In this document: in pieces, positions 13,441 to 24,861 of the stretch
Numbering within the stretch: position 1 is the stretch's first letter
Layout of the letters: every line of letters begins with the position of its first letter
Source: Carcharhinus amblyrhynchos
Lineage: Eukaryota
Direction: 5' to 3'
Assembly: GCA_965287045.1 (NCBI GenBank)
Contig: OZ336878.1
Span: forward strand, 58,094,001-58,158,000
DNA: 64,000 bases
The notes under the pieces: generated by a model
Seen by the model: the letters and a program-made list of their open reading frames with translations, nothing else
Told to the model about the DNA's origin: nothing
Databases searched by the model: none
Program-made: the position numbers and the translations under genes

Positions 13441-13849
13441 TGAATATTCCTTCATTTTACCTCATATTACCTCCATTGGCTTTTAAATGGGTTTAGTTAG
13501 GAAAAAAACTCCCTGCCCCATGGTGGATTTTCCTGTAGTGGAGGTGGTTTGGCCTTGGCTGCCAGTGACATCTTCCAGTCCTGTCGTAGCCAATGGCAAG
13601 TTGCATGTCTCACCCATCCCATCACCAGGAAATCAGTGGTAAGGGTCAACTTCAGCGGGACCATAAAATTCGTCCAGTGGGAAAGGCTGGAAAATCCCTC
13701 CCTACAATGTATCACAGAAGATGCTCACAAATTGAATTAGTTCACTAAAAGGGATCTTTCACTTTTTCTGGTCACAAGGCAATTACAGATGAGAAAAACT
13801 ATTTTGCTTGCTCTTAGGTCTTTACCCAGAAAGTTCAATGGTCTCCCAA

Positions 13850-14600
13850 TGTGGTATTTATTTGTTTCTTTAATAATTTCATGCTTTTCACCAGTTATTT
13901 GGAAGCCCATTCCACATACCAATCCATTCTTTACAAGAAGATAAACTTTCAGACCTGTAGCTTTTATTAGTTTGAACCTGAGTCTCTTTGTTCTACATGG
14001 GCAATCTAATTTAAGTAATTTTGAGGACTGACTTTTTTTTTTACAGTTTACCATCATATTTTGTAAGATCAGCTCGCAGTTGCCTCATTTCAAGATTGAA
14101 ATTCTCAAGTTTTTTTTATCTTTTCTGATAACTTGAGAATTTCTAAAATGAGATGTCAGTCTTTGAACTCTGCATAGCTTCTGGTGCTTCAATGTCTTCA
14201 TGTAACTTGGTGGCAGTATTCAAGGTGTGGGCAGGGCAGTGTACAATAGTTTGAGCATGAACTCCTTTGATTTGTACTTCTCCCAAGCCACTTTCAACCT
14301 ATGTCTTAAAATTGCTTCCAATTATATGTACTTTCATTTTCACTAATAGGTGTCCTGGCTTCCCGGGTCTGGGATGAGATAATTGAACCACGTTGTCAAA
14401 TGGGCTCTGAATTGTAACTTTCCATAAACTGGCTTGCTTAATCTTGATGCACATCATCAATGAAAAAGCATGTGGCATTTTCTTAAATCTGTGCAACTCC
14501 ACTTTGGTTTGAAAACGCAACACTTAAATGTAACTCAAATCTCATCTTTTTGCACCATAAGCATTCTTCATCCCTGAATGACATCCTTTGTCTTATGTCT
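13850..14600 (-). mobile_element. Ancient, highly decayed CR1-group LINE fragment
   Basis: The - strand ..ctattgtacactgccctg..cacaccttgaatactgc..gaagacattgaagc.. corresponds to LYTAL..PHLEYC..KDIEA. Confidence 0.55.
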
Positions 14601-14689
14601 ACAACAAATTTGTCAGTATCTCTTTTTGCCCTGACCTATCCCTGGTCTTCTATTTTGTCCCACCACATCTGCCCCTTTCCAAAATCATA

Positions 14690-14815
14690 ATTATGTACAT
14701 TTCTCCCATTCCTCAATTCTGTAGAAGGACCATTTAGACCCAAAACATTAACTCTGTTTCCTTCCGCACACTGTCAGACCTACTGAGTTTATTCAGCATT
14801 TTCTGTTTTTATTTT
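14690..14815. repeat. Short dispersed repeat (Penelope-type terminal fragment); related copies at ~17095-17200, ~35822-35945, ~53185-53230
   Basis: Shared motif gacctactgagtttattcagcattttctgtttttattt or its reverse complement aaataaaaacaaa..tgctggaa.. Family assignment is tentative. Confidence 0.5.
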
Positions 14816-15107
14816 GTATAGAGACTCAAACATAAGTAGAATTGAGTCTCCTAATACATTTTCCTTGGTACCAACAGATTTGAATTATTAAGATTGGCTA
14901 CTGTTTGTCATACTATTTTGTAATTTCCTTTCCATGTGGTACTTCCATCAATGGCACGTAGATACAAACTGAAATGTTACATTTGTGATGATCACATATT
15001 GGTCTAAAATGAAAATACTGCTTAAATTAGAAATGAGATTTAATTTATCTATGATCTTGATAAAACCCTCTAATTTTTCTGACAAGAACTATTTTTGTTT
15101 TCACTAG

Positions 15108-15339
15108 CTGATTACTGAAGATTATGCAAGATATGAGGGGTCATCATTCTTAACTACACAAGAAGCTCTAACTGATATAGTCCAGCTGCAACACAATTGG
15201 ACAGATCTCAGCCTAACATTGTTTGAGCGTCATCGGTGGTCTGCTGAGAAAATGCCTGAGGAGATAGCTATGCATGAATTAAACAACGCTGTGACAGCAT
15301 TCTGTCAAAATCTTACCCTGAGGCTGAAGGGGGAAAATG
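15108..15339 (+). CDS. AXDND1: AXDND1-like internal coding exon (232 nt, phase 0/1)
   Basis: Acceptor tttttgttttcactag, donor G|gtattt. Open throughout: LITEDYARYEGSSFLTTQEALTDIVQLQHNWTDLSLTLFERHRWSAEKMPEEIAMHELNNAVTAFCQNLTLRLKGENG. Matches recalled human AXDND1 ...LQENWADIGLGIFNRHK...EMPSE..YMEEI...YEIRINGDNG. Confidence 0.9.
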
Positions 15340-15864
15340 GTATTTCAGGAATTATTTTGTGTACATATTTTCATTCAAAGGCTCTTGTCTTTGTGGAATG
15401 TCTACAGCTGATGGCTAAGGAATTACCTCAGGTTTCTTGTCTCAGTAACTCAGTCAACGAATGGCCCCAGAGAAAAATCACTGATCTGCATCCTTTCTGA
15501 AAGTTGTAATTGAAGCATCCAAAACAGGAAATTCACATCCAAATAATATGCAGCAGCTTTTATAGATGAGGCTTCTTGCATATGATGTTGGAAAACAGGC
15601 TTTTCGGATGTATTTAGACAAGAGATGGTGTTGTAAATTGTTCTTCATCATCCTACTTCATTTGCTTTACCGGAATATTCTGTCCATGTTTGAATCCACT
15701 ATGGTTGGAATCAATTTCTTCTTTATCTACACACCTCTAACCTATTCTTTATTAATTTCACTTGATGACATTTGAAATGAAATTTGAGAAAAATAGGTTA
15801 AATGGCTATGTAAATTTATCTTTTTCCTTTTCCCTCATTATTCAAATATATTTTCTCCTGGTAA

Positions 15865-16260
15865 GCACAGGTCTTCAGAGTACAAAGAAAAATGTTGATC
15901 ATTATTACACACATGCTGGTGTAATGGACAGAATGCATTACCCCTGCCTTTCCAGAGAGAACAATCCCAGTTTATTTAACCTCTCCTCTAGCTAATACCC
16001 TGCATACCAAGCAACATCCTGGTAAATCTTTTCTGTACTCCCTCCAAAACCACCATGTCCTTCTGGTAGTGTGGCAACCAGAATCGGACAAATGTGGCCT
16101 AACCAAATGTTTTATATAATGGTAACATAATTTGCCAACTTTTATACTCAATGCCTCGATCAGTGAAGGCAGGCATGCCATATACTTTCTTCACACTTTT
16201 TCCACCTGTGCTGCCACTTTTAAGGATCTATCGACCCATACACTCAGATCTCTCTGCGTG
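15865..16260 (-). mobile_element. CR1 LINE 3' fragment
   Basis: ORF 15972..16181 contains LVRPHL; remnants of the GLFSL and EYRKDL region are present. Confidence 0.75.
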
Positions 16261-16299
16261 GTTTGCCATTTAGCTTATAGCTCCCACTTGAATAGTATA

Positions 16300-16590
16300 C
16301 ACAAAGTAAGGTTCTACAAACAGCAATTCGGTAATGACCAGATTATTTGTTTTGGATATGTAGCTTGGAGGATAAATATTTGCCAGAACAATGTTCTTCT
16401 TTGAGTTTTGTCATGGGATCCATTATCCAATACTTACACTTGAGAAGGTAGTGTAACTGAGGGATTGCCACTCCACTTTCAATGGAGTGGCAATCCCTCA
16501 GTATTGCACTAGAATGTCATCTTGCATTATATATTTATACATCTGTGGGATTTCTAAGTCAAAGATCAGGGTGCTACGACTGAGACAAGA
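16300..16590 (-). mobile_element. Deu-domain (SacSINE-like) SINE relic; second copy at ~35440-35810
   Basis: Both copies share ggataaatatt(t/g)gccag(a/g)acaa and ccctcagtat(t/c)(g/a)cact(a/g)ga motifs. Confidence 0.55.
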
Positions 16591-16867
16591 TTGTCACCTA
16601 TTATTTATATCTACTTATTATGATATTAACAGCTTGAATATGTTCCAATAAAATAAGGCATCAGGAGATACAGTGACGATTATTTTTTTTAACTCCTGCA
16701 ATTGTGTCTTAAATTGGGTCACATTGATGGAACAAATGTCTTTGCACCAACTATAAGAATCTTGTACGAAATGAGCTCTTTTCATTTCATCCCTGTTCAC
16801 AGTAGACATGGAATTTATTTGTGTTTGTTAATATTGCAGATAACTTAACCTGGAATTATTTTAATAG

Positions 16868-17081
16868 GCACTGCTTGGTGTACAATGAAGCTACAAGATG
16901 TGCTTGAATCTTCCCGGGTTAAATTCGACTATGCCAATCTGGATGATATAGGAGTGGTAGAATTTGATTTACTGAAGCTTAATGAGCAGTTTCCCACTTT
17001 GATCAAACTACTGGAAGATGCAATGAATCTGGCAGCAACACCTCAAACTGAGGAGAGAAAGAATGAACAGCCATACGTCAG
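16868..17081 (+). CDS. AXDND1: AXDND1-like internal coding exon (214 nt, phase 1/2)
   Basis: Acceptor ttattttaatag, donor AG|gtatta. Translates (G)TAWCTMKLQDVLESSRVKFDYANLDDIGVVEFDLLKLNEQFPTLIKLLEDAMNLAATPQTEERKNEQPYV. Overlaps track ORF 16885..17091; phases fit both neighbouring exons. Confidence 0.87.
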
Positions 17082-17952
17082 GTATTACTAACTGCGCAGA
17101 TTTACTTTTGATGAAAAATCATCGACCTAAAGCATTAACTCTGCTCTTCACATGGTTAGTATTTCCAACATTTTTGGTTTATATTTCAGGTTTTCAGCAT
17201 CCATGGCACTTAGATTTTTTTTACTTACCCATTCTTTTCAAGACCACTGGGTAGCTATTTTCACAGAAAAATAAATGGAGGTGGATTGTGCAAGTTCCAA
17301 AACTGATTAAAAACCAGGATTTGCATCTAGTAAGATTGGAACATGACTAAATCACCATCAATGATGTAATCACAAATGGATTTAATCACATAATACCAGT
17401 TACAAAACACTAAATTGAAAAAAGTCCCAAAATATTGTGATGTCAAAAGGGAAGTTGGTTTATTTACTAACTTTAAGCCATCAGGCCAGGCTGATTTTAA
17501 AGGGACTTAGGTTCTCAATCTGTTTTTCTGCTTCCTTTTGATAAGGGCATCCACTGTCTGATCTTATCGATTTAACTTATGCCTAAGCCTTATGCAATGC
17601 CATTCTGAAATTAGGTATGGATTGTTGCACGTGCGCTCTTGAATTGACTTTCTCATTTCCTGTCATTCTTAGGAGAAGCATTTGCAGGGTAAACAGCTTA
17701 GATTGCAAATCTATGTTTGGAGAAAAAGAAACATGTGACATTCTATTAAACAGTGCATTGCTTGTCTCATAAACAAGATGTGCAAAAGCAAATACCACCT
17801 CGCTGCATCTTGGTACTAAAATAATTTTCCTTAACGGTGTAGCTGTAAAAGTGTACTAGCAATGGTAACAAGTTGTGTTTATATTGCACCTTTTAACATA
17901 ATAAATTTCCCAAAGCACTTCACAGGGACATTGTAAAGCAAAATTTGATATT

Positions 17953-18799
17953 TAAGAACATAAGAACATAAGAACATAAGAAATAGGAGCAGGAGTAGGC
18001 CAACTAGCCTTTCAAGCCTGCCCCGCCATTCAATAAGATCATGGCTGATCTGTCTTGGCTCAGTTCCACATTCCCGCCCTCTCCCCATAACCCTTAATCC
18101 CCTGTCTTACCAAAAACCCATCAACCCGCGTCTTAAAAGTATTTAGCGAGGTAGCCTCCACCACTTCAACGGGCAGAGAATTCCAGAGATTCACCACCCT
18201 TTGAGTGAAGAAGTTCCTCCTCAACTCCGTTCTAAACCGCCCCCCCCTTTATCTTGAGGCTGTGCCCCCTAGTCCTACTATCCTTTCTGAGCGGGAAGAG
18301 TCTCTCCACCTCTATCCTATCCATCCCATTCATCATCTTATACGTCTCAATGAGATCTCCCCTCATTCTTCTAAACTCTAACGAGTACAAGCCTAATTTA
18401 TTCAGCCTCTCCTCATAGCTCAACCCTCTCAACTCTGGCATCAGCCTAGTAAACCTCCTCTGCACTCCCTCCAAGGCCAAAATATCCTTGCGTAAGTACG
18501 GCGCCCAAAACTGCACACAGTACTCCAGCTGCGGCCTCACCAATGCCCTATACAGCCGCAGCAAGACCTCCCTACTTTTATATTCAATCCCCCTCCCTTC
18601 CTGACCACCTGCTGCACCTGCAAGCTGGGTTTTTGCGACTCATGCACAAGGACCCCGAGGTCCCTCTGCACTGTCGCCTGCTGCAGTTTTTCTCCACGTA
18701 AGTAATAATCCTTCCTACCATTATTCCTACCAAAGTGGACAACCTCGCACTTGCCAACATTAAATTCCATTTGCCATTTCCTGGCCCATTCGCCCAGCC
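17953..18799 (-). mobile_element. Relatively young 5'-truncated CR1 LINE
   Basis: Near-consensus ORFs 18537..18770 and 18232..18564 (LYRALVRPQLEYCVQFWAPYLRKDILALEGVQRRFTRL), many CpGs retained, (taagaaca)3 tail at 17953-17980. Confidence 0.93.
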
Positions 18800-18818
18800 T
18801 ATAAGGAGATATTCAAGC

Positions 18819-19635
18819 TGTTGCCTGCCGCACAGTCTGTTTTAACCCTTATACGGTGGACAAATAACTACGAATAGACATCTTGTTAGTACAACCAATA
18901 TTTATTTAAACCCACACAATCAATAATCACCCACCCAACCACAAAATACTAGAATTCGATTCCAATACAAGACCTTGACTTGACTTTGCGTGATTGACAA
19001 GTACCCAAGCAGTTATTGGCCTTTATCTGTGCGCTGGTCTCAGTAGTCGTCTGCGTAGTCTGGTCTGGCACTCTCGCCCTGGTCTTCCTTCATTGTTGGA
19101 TGTGGTGGCTGTCCTTGTGCAGGTTGTCGCTGGTGATGTTCACCATTGTTGTAGCTCGTTTGTGGGGTCAGAGAGAGAGATATTCCTGGTTGCACAGCAC
19201 CCTTTATACCCCATTTGGTTTCACACCCCTTTTTGGCCATTGCCAATCAATTGAGCAGGACTTGATCACCCTGATCGATAAGAGTCCAATCAGGTGCTAC
19301 CACACCGATCTCTGGGTGTGTCCCCAACGGCCATGTCTAGGTGCTGGAGGCACATAGATCACATACCTCCCTCCTACATAAGGGTTCACGGTGCCCTTAT
19401 GTCTGGTACACAACCCAGTGTGACCAGAAAGTCTCTTTCATCCTGGAGATGAAACAAGCCAGTGTGACTATAAGGTCCCTTTCATCCTGGAGATGACCCA
19501 TATCTTGTTTATTCACTCGTCAGGGTTGCAGCCTGTTTGTCTCTGTCTTTAACCTGCAGCCTGTCATTTTAGTTCTTGCCTAATTGTCTCAGAGTGCTTT
19601 ACAAATTGCCATTTTAGATGGCCCGTTTGGCCACA
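18819..19635 (-). mobile_element. Solo LTR (817 bp)
   Basis: Termini TGT...ACA; 4-bp flanks aagc/gagc. On the - strand: TATA ggggtataaagg (~19201-19212) and AATAAA (~18901-18906). Internal ~38-bp direct repeat ccagtgtgac..tttcatcctggagatga (19415-19452, 19459-19497). Interrupts an L2-like 3' end. Confidence 0.78.
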
Positions 19636-20450
19636 GAGCAAATTACCAAAAGCTTGGTCAGAGACTTTGATTTTAAGGAGCAGTTCAGGCATTCTGACTT
19701 TCAGGCCCAGGATGCTGAGTCACAGCTGGCAATGGTGCATATTCAAAAAGCCAGAATTACAGGAACATCTTGAAAGCTGGCAGAATTGGAGGGGATTGAA
19801 GGGATAGGAAGAACAAGTAATAGATGGATTGGAAAATAAGGTTGGGAATTTTAAAATTGAAACGTTGCTTCGCAAGGAACCAATGTAGGTCAGCAAGCAC
19901 AGGGGTGATGTTTGAATGGGATTTAGGACACAGGCTGCAGAGGTTTGGATAACCTCAAGTTTACAGAGGGTAGAATGAGGGAGGCGAACTGTGATTCAGT
20001 TGGAATAGTCAAGTCCAGAGGTATGCAGTTTTGAGGGTTGAGGTTTTCAACAACAGTTGAATTTGAGTAGGGGCACATGTCGGGCAATGTTACAGTGGTG
20101 GAAATAGATGGGCTTAATAATCATGTCTGAATGTTCATTTTGGGGTCAAGTATGACATCAAGAATGCTGACAGTCTGGTTCAGCCTCAGATAGTTGCTAG
20201 GCTGAGAGATGGAGTCAGTGGTTGTGAAATTTGAAGCAGTGTCCAAAGGCTTCTCAACTTAAGTCTTCTCAATGTTTAATTGGAAAGACTTCATGTTTAT
20301 CTAGTATTGAATGTCAGACCAGTAATTTGACAACTTGGAGACAGCATAGGAGTCAAGTAATGTGGTGGGGAAGTAGAGCTGAGGGGATAAAACGATAAGG
20401 GCAGCATGTAGAGGAGAAATAGGGGAGCAGGCATAGACCCTTAAAGGACA
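19636..20450 (-). mobile_element. Old L2-like LINE 3' fragment; its tail also includes ~17865-17950 and 18800-18818
   Basis: Characteristic ccaaagcacttcacag..aaaatttga..ataaggagatatt..ccaaaagcttggtc..gccaatgtaggtcagcaagcacagggg..ttggaatagtcaagtc, split by the CR1 and the LTR. Confidence 0.65.
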
Positions 20451-20559
20451 AATTTAATACTGAGTGAGAAACTTTCCTCATCTTCAGTTGCCAGTCAATG
20501 ATACTTAGCTGATTTCAGCCAGGATAATAGTAACTCCAGCCAATATAGTTGATCTTGTT

Positions 20560-20869
20560 CTGAAATGGCCTTTCTTATCTCTCGAGTCTAGATCTGGTTC
20601 TTGGTTACTGAACATACTGTATGTGTACTCTTGCACTTGGTTAATTATTGTTTATTAGTACTACTTCTAAACAAATTACAGAGTAAGCGTGTGGCTCCTG
20701 GCATAGTGTTCCAACCTCTCTCTCTCCTGTCTCTATCTCGCTCTCCCTGTCTCTATCTCGTGCTGTCTGTCTCACAAGTAGCAAGCTTATCACATGACTA
20801 GCTGATATCAGTGATACATCATCATCTTTGTCATACATTAGTATATTCCACCTAACCCTTTATACCACA
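20560..20869 (-). mobile_element. Probable solo LTR fragment
   Basis: Ends taaccctttataccaca (TGTGGTATAAAGGGTTA on the - strand); AATAAA on the - strand near 20651-20656. Left boundary is unclear. Confidence 0.45.
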
Positions 20870-20916
20870 CCTCTGCCCAAGTATGCCGTCCAATTTTCCA
20901 TGATATATGAAATTAT

Positions 20917-21596
20917 GGACGCAATCGTTCCACCCTGCTGCTGATCGATTTGTGTAGTGGACCAGGAAATTGGAGTGGGAGGCTAAAAATGCGAATCACA
21001 TCCGGCATCTGGCTGTTTGCAATCCTCCCAGGCCTTTCTTGCCATCATAATTAGCCTCACACCCAAGAAAGGTGCAAGACTGATTTAAATATGTATAAAG
21101 TAATTTTAATTTTATTAGTGAACCTAGGACCTAATGGTCCAGGCTCATTTAGCTTTCTGACCTTGCAGGTGGAGGTCCTCACACAGATGATGTCCAGCAA
21201 AGGGGATCTGACACCATGGTTTCACTGGTGGGACTGGACACCATTTAAACTTCCAAGGGGGAGGCGGTAGGAGCAGGAGCATTGATCTTCTCATAAACAA
21301 GATGTGCAGAAGCAAAAACCACCTCGCTGCATCTTAGTACTAAAATAATTTTCCTTAATGGTATTGATGTAATGGTAAAAGTGTACCAGCAATGGTAACA
21401 AGTTGTGTTTATACTGCACTTTTTAACATAATAAAATTTCCCAAAGCACTTCACAGGGACATTGTGAAGCAAAATTTGAGAAATTGAGAGGCTGGAGACT
21501 GTTTTTCAAGGTTGGGGGTGTGGGGAATGAAAGGGGGTACTGCCAGCCTCTCTGGCACAATTAGGCTTTGCCCCCTCACTGGAGCAAAATCCTCCA
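20917..21596. mobile_element. MITE-like (Harbinger-type) element containing a duplicated host segment
   Basis: Degenerate inverted termini ggacgcaatcgttcc / ggagcaaaatcctcc. GC-richer body; internal 21289-21479 duplicates 17765-17948. Confidence 0.5.
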
Positions 21597-22084
21597 AAAA
21601 ATTGACAATGTGTGGGAAAACTGCATAGGGTGGCTCACTGGGATAAACGGAGTGAAATGCTTAGATTTTCAAACTTGTAACACTTTGAATTTTTTTTAGG
21701 AAGATCAGTCTCTGTATTTTTAACTATTTAAGTTACATTTCTACAACTCCTGTTTGCAACCACTGATTCTACCCAATTCCAACTTCTACACTTTCCCACC
21801 CTCCTAAGTCACAGTTGAGAGATTCAATCTCTGCTGTATTTTGGTCCTTGGAGCGACCTTCTTTGATTTGGAGAATGTCACTATTATCATTAGAATGGGG
21901 CAGCAATTTGGTGGCTTTGTTGTATTAGTTTCAGGATAGCTCAACTGCAAGGACAATGAGGTGAGGACTTTACAACACAAGATTGACCCAAGTGAGAAGA
22001 TTGAAGATCATTGACTTTTGGACTCTTTGGTACTAGAGATGAAGAACTCAGGACTCTGAGAAAGTTGTTATTCCCTGAGAGCTT

Positions 22085-22830
22085 CTTTCTTAGCCAGTCC
22101 CTCAGGTCTGAGGATGACTTTCTTCCAAACTAAAAATGAGTTCTCAGTTGACTGAGGAGTCCAACGTATTACCTACAGTCTCTATCACTGGTGGATTGGA
22201 CGGTGGTTGAAGGAGTGGGTAGGTGGGCTGCCCAGGTTGTTAAGTGTTCGTTTTGCAATTGGTTTCGGCTTGCTATTGGCCATGAAACTCAAGTGTTCAG
22301 CTCATTCCTGGGTGCTTTTCTTGTACTTTAGGTGACCTTAGGCTAGGGTTCCTAGGTGGAGATGTTGCATTTTTTCAAGAGGGCTTTGAGGGTGTCCTTT
22401 AAGAATTTCCTCTGTCTTCCTGGGGCTCACTTATCGAATCTGAGTAGAACACTTATTTCGGGAGTCTCGTGTCAGACATGTGAATGATGTGGCCCACCAG
22501 TGGAGTTAATCAAGCGTAGTTGTTGCTTGATGCTGGGGATGTTGGCCTGAGCGAGAACACTGACATTGGTGCATCTATCTTGCCGATGGGTTTGCAGGAT
22601 GTTATGGAGGCAGCATTGAAGGTATTTATCCAAGGGTCTGAGGCACCTGCTGTATAAAGAGCACATATTTGAGCCGTATAGAAGGGCAGGTATCATTATT
22701 GCTCTGTGGACCATGAGCTTGGTGTTGGGTCTGAGGTCCTGGTTTTTAGACACACTCTTTTCCCCTGGTGACTGAAGGATGCATTAGCACATTGAAGTTG
22801 AACCTCGTCGTCAATGTTTACCCTTTCTGC
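22085..22830 (-). mobile_element. RTE (BovB-like) LINE 3' fragment
   Basis: ORF 22472..22753: TKLMVHRAIMIPALLYGS..CLHNILQTHRQDRCTNVSVLAQANIPSI, the typical RTE C-terminal region. Confidence 0.85.
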
Positions 22831-24861
22831 AGCCACCTTCTTCTTTAATAGTTCTATTCGTCCTCTGAAACACTTTTGATGAAAGTTCAACCAGCTTTTG
22901 CAACTTGAATTCACCTCTCTATTGAGAGGTGCAGGCTGCCTTTAGGAAGTGCAGGCCAACTGTGATTCGTGTTTTTGTGATACTTGCACTTGGGTCTCCT
23001 GCTAAGCTTGTAGCCAGTTAGCAGCACGTTCAAAACTGGCTGCAAGCCACAATCATTTAAATAAGCAGCCAGGAAGAGGTTTATGTGTAACATGCATAGT
23101 CTTGACTAGACACATGGTAATTGTACATCATGGATCCTGCACCCATTATCAGGTCGTCTTGGAATTTGGATTGAGTGAGCTTGGTCATTTTTATTTGCCC
23201 TGTCTCTGCAATAATTTTAGTTTTAATTATCCTGTACCAATCTCTTGATTCTGAAAAGATGATAAATTCTGAAAGAGGATACATTTTTAAATTTATCAAC
23301 TGTTAATTACAGAAATGCCTTTTAATTAGGTTTTCTAACCATTACTTTTCACTGGCCATTTTAATAAAATAAAGCAAGCCTGTATGATTATCACATTTTC
23401 ATTCTTCTAACAGAGGCTCACTTTTTACAAACAAAAGCTAAAATTTAATATTGTTACAAGATAAATATTAACTTTTTCCTTGTAGTCAGAAGTTAATTAA
23501 GATTTTCTGAGGGGTCTGTTGTTTTTATTTATGGCTGCTAATGGACATTTTGAAGCTGCACAGCAATTCAATGTCTCAGGTTGGAACTACTCCTTTGGTA
23601 AGTATCAATGTTATCTAATTTTTTTTGATAAATAGCTTGCTGTTATCTTTGATCATTGTGTGTAGTGAAATATCTTTCACTGAAGAAGTTTTCTTGGCAT
23701 TTTAATTATGCTTGAACTATTACTGTAGTTAGCAATATTGATATGTTTCCATTAGACTTCCCAAGCCCCATTGTGAATTATGCATCCTTTAGATAGATTG
23801 GTTGGCTAATGGGCAACAGCAATGGCATTGGTGGGAGGTGAACACAGAGGGCAGCAGGTCATGCCCAATGGAACGATTGCCATTTTCTCAGGGTGTTGCC
23901 TCAGCAATTTATACCTTAGCTGGGAGACAGATTAGTGGGCTTATGTTAGTCCTTGCGAACCCCTTTGACCACTAGAATCCGCAGCCATAATGGCAATAAT
24001 ATAAACTTGCACGACAGAAACCTGACTAGTGGAAGTCTGAGCTTCCACTGAGCAACACCTGGATATTATGCAACTTCTGCTTATCCTACAATAAAAGCTG
24101 AAACAGCAGTAATTGGACACTGCATGATGGTTGGGTTCACGATTATGTCAGTGGTATTGATGACTACTTCCATGCTGACGCGGATGAGCCCCAAACTCTG
24201 CACAAAGCCTTATGCCGGATTGGTGCTGCACTTCACCTTTGACCACAGGCATTCTGTGGGCCTGCCAATGCATCAAGCATTTCATTATGCATACTCATTA
24301 ACCTTTTCCACTCATCTAGTCCTCTACGATAGAACTCATGTAGAACCTCCTTCTGGTGATCTGACACCTATGCAACCCCTGCCCTTTACTGCAAACTACT
24401 CACGATCAGCATCCCAACATGAGCACTTAGCATTTCCATAATCCTTATAATCCAATATTAAACTGGTGTTTGCAAGTGTGTTGGTGTTTCTTCTTCAATA
24501 TTTTGTTGTCTGTTACCCTTCTTTCACTGCCTTAATAAATGATAGTTTTAGATCTTTGAAAGAGTGGTACAAAGGTACGGTTGTGGTGGGGTGGTAGAAT
24601 GAGGGAAAACAAAAGATGCACGCTAACATCAAAAATCAACATGGTTTCAGGTGTAGCATTGACCACAGTGTCAGCAATGGCTGCTCCAATGATGGCAAGT
24701 TTGAATTAAGTCTTGTGTATTTAATTCTTGTGTTGCAACTGTAACTACTCTAATTCTAAACTATATTAATAGCATGCTTTAACAGAGTTCATCTATCTCA
24801 TCTTCCCAGGGTTTGAGGTGGTGTTGAGGTCTTGTACCTTCCATACCAGAGGATGTAGAAT

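Noticed and set aside
13737-14523. Two - strand ORFs as a novel gene
   Set aside because: The region contains decayed CR1 motifs (LYTAL..HLEYC) and no coherent exon structure.
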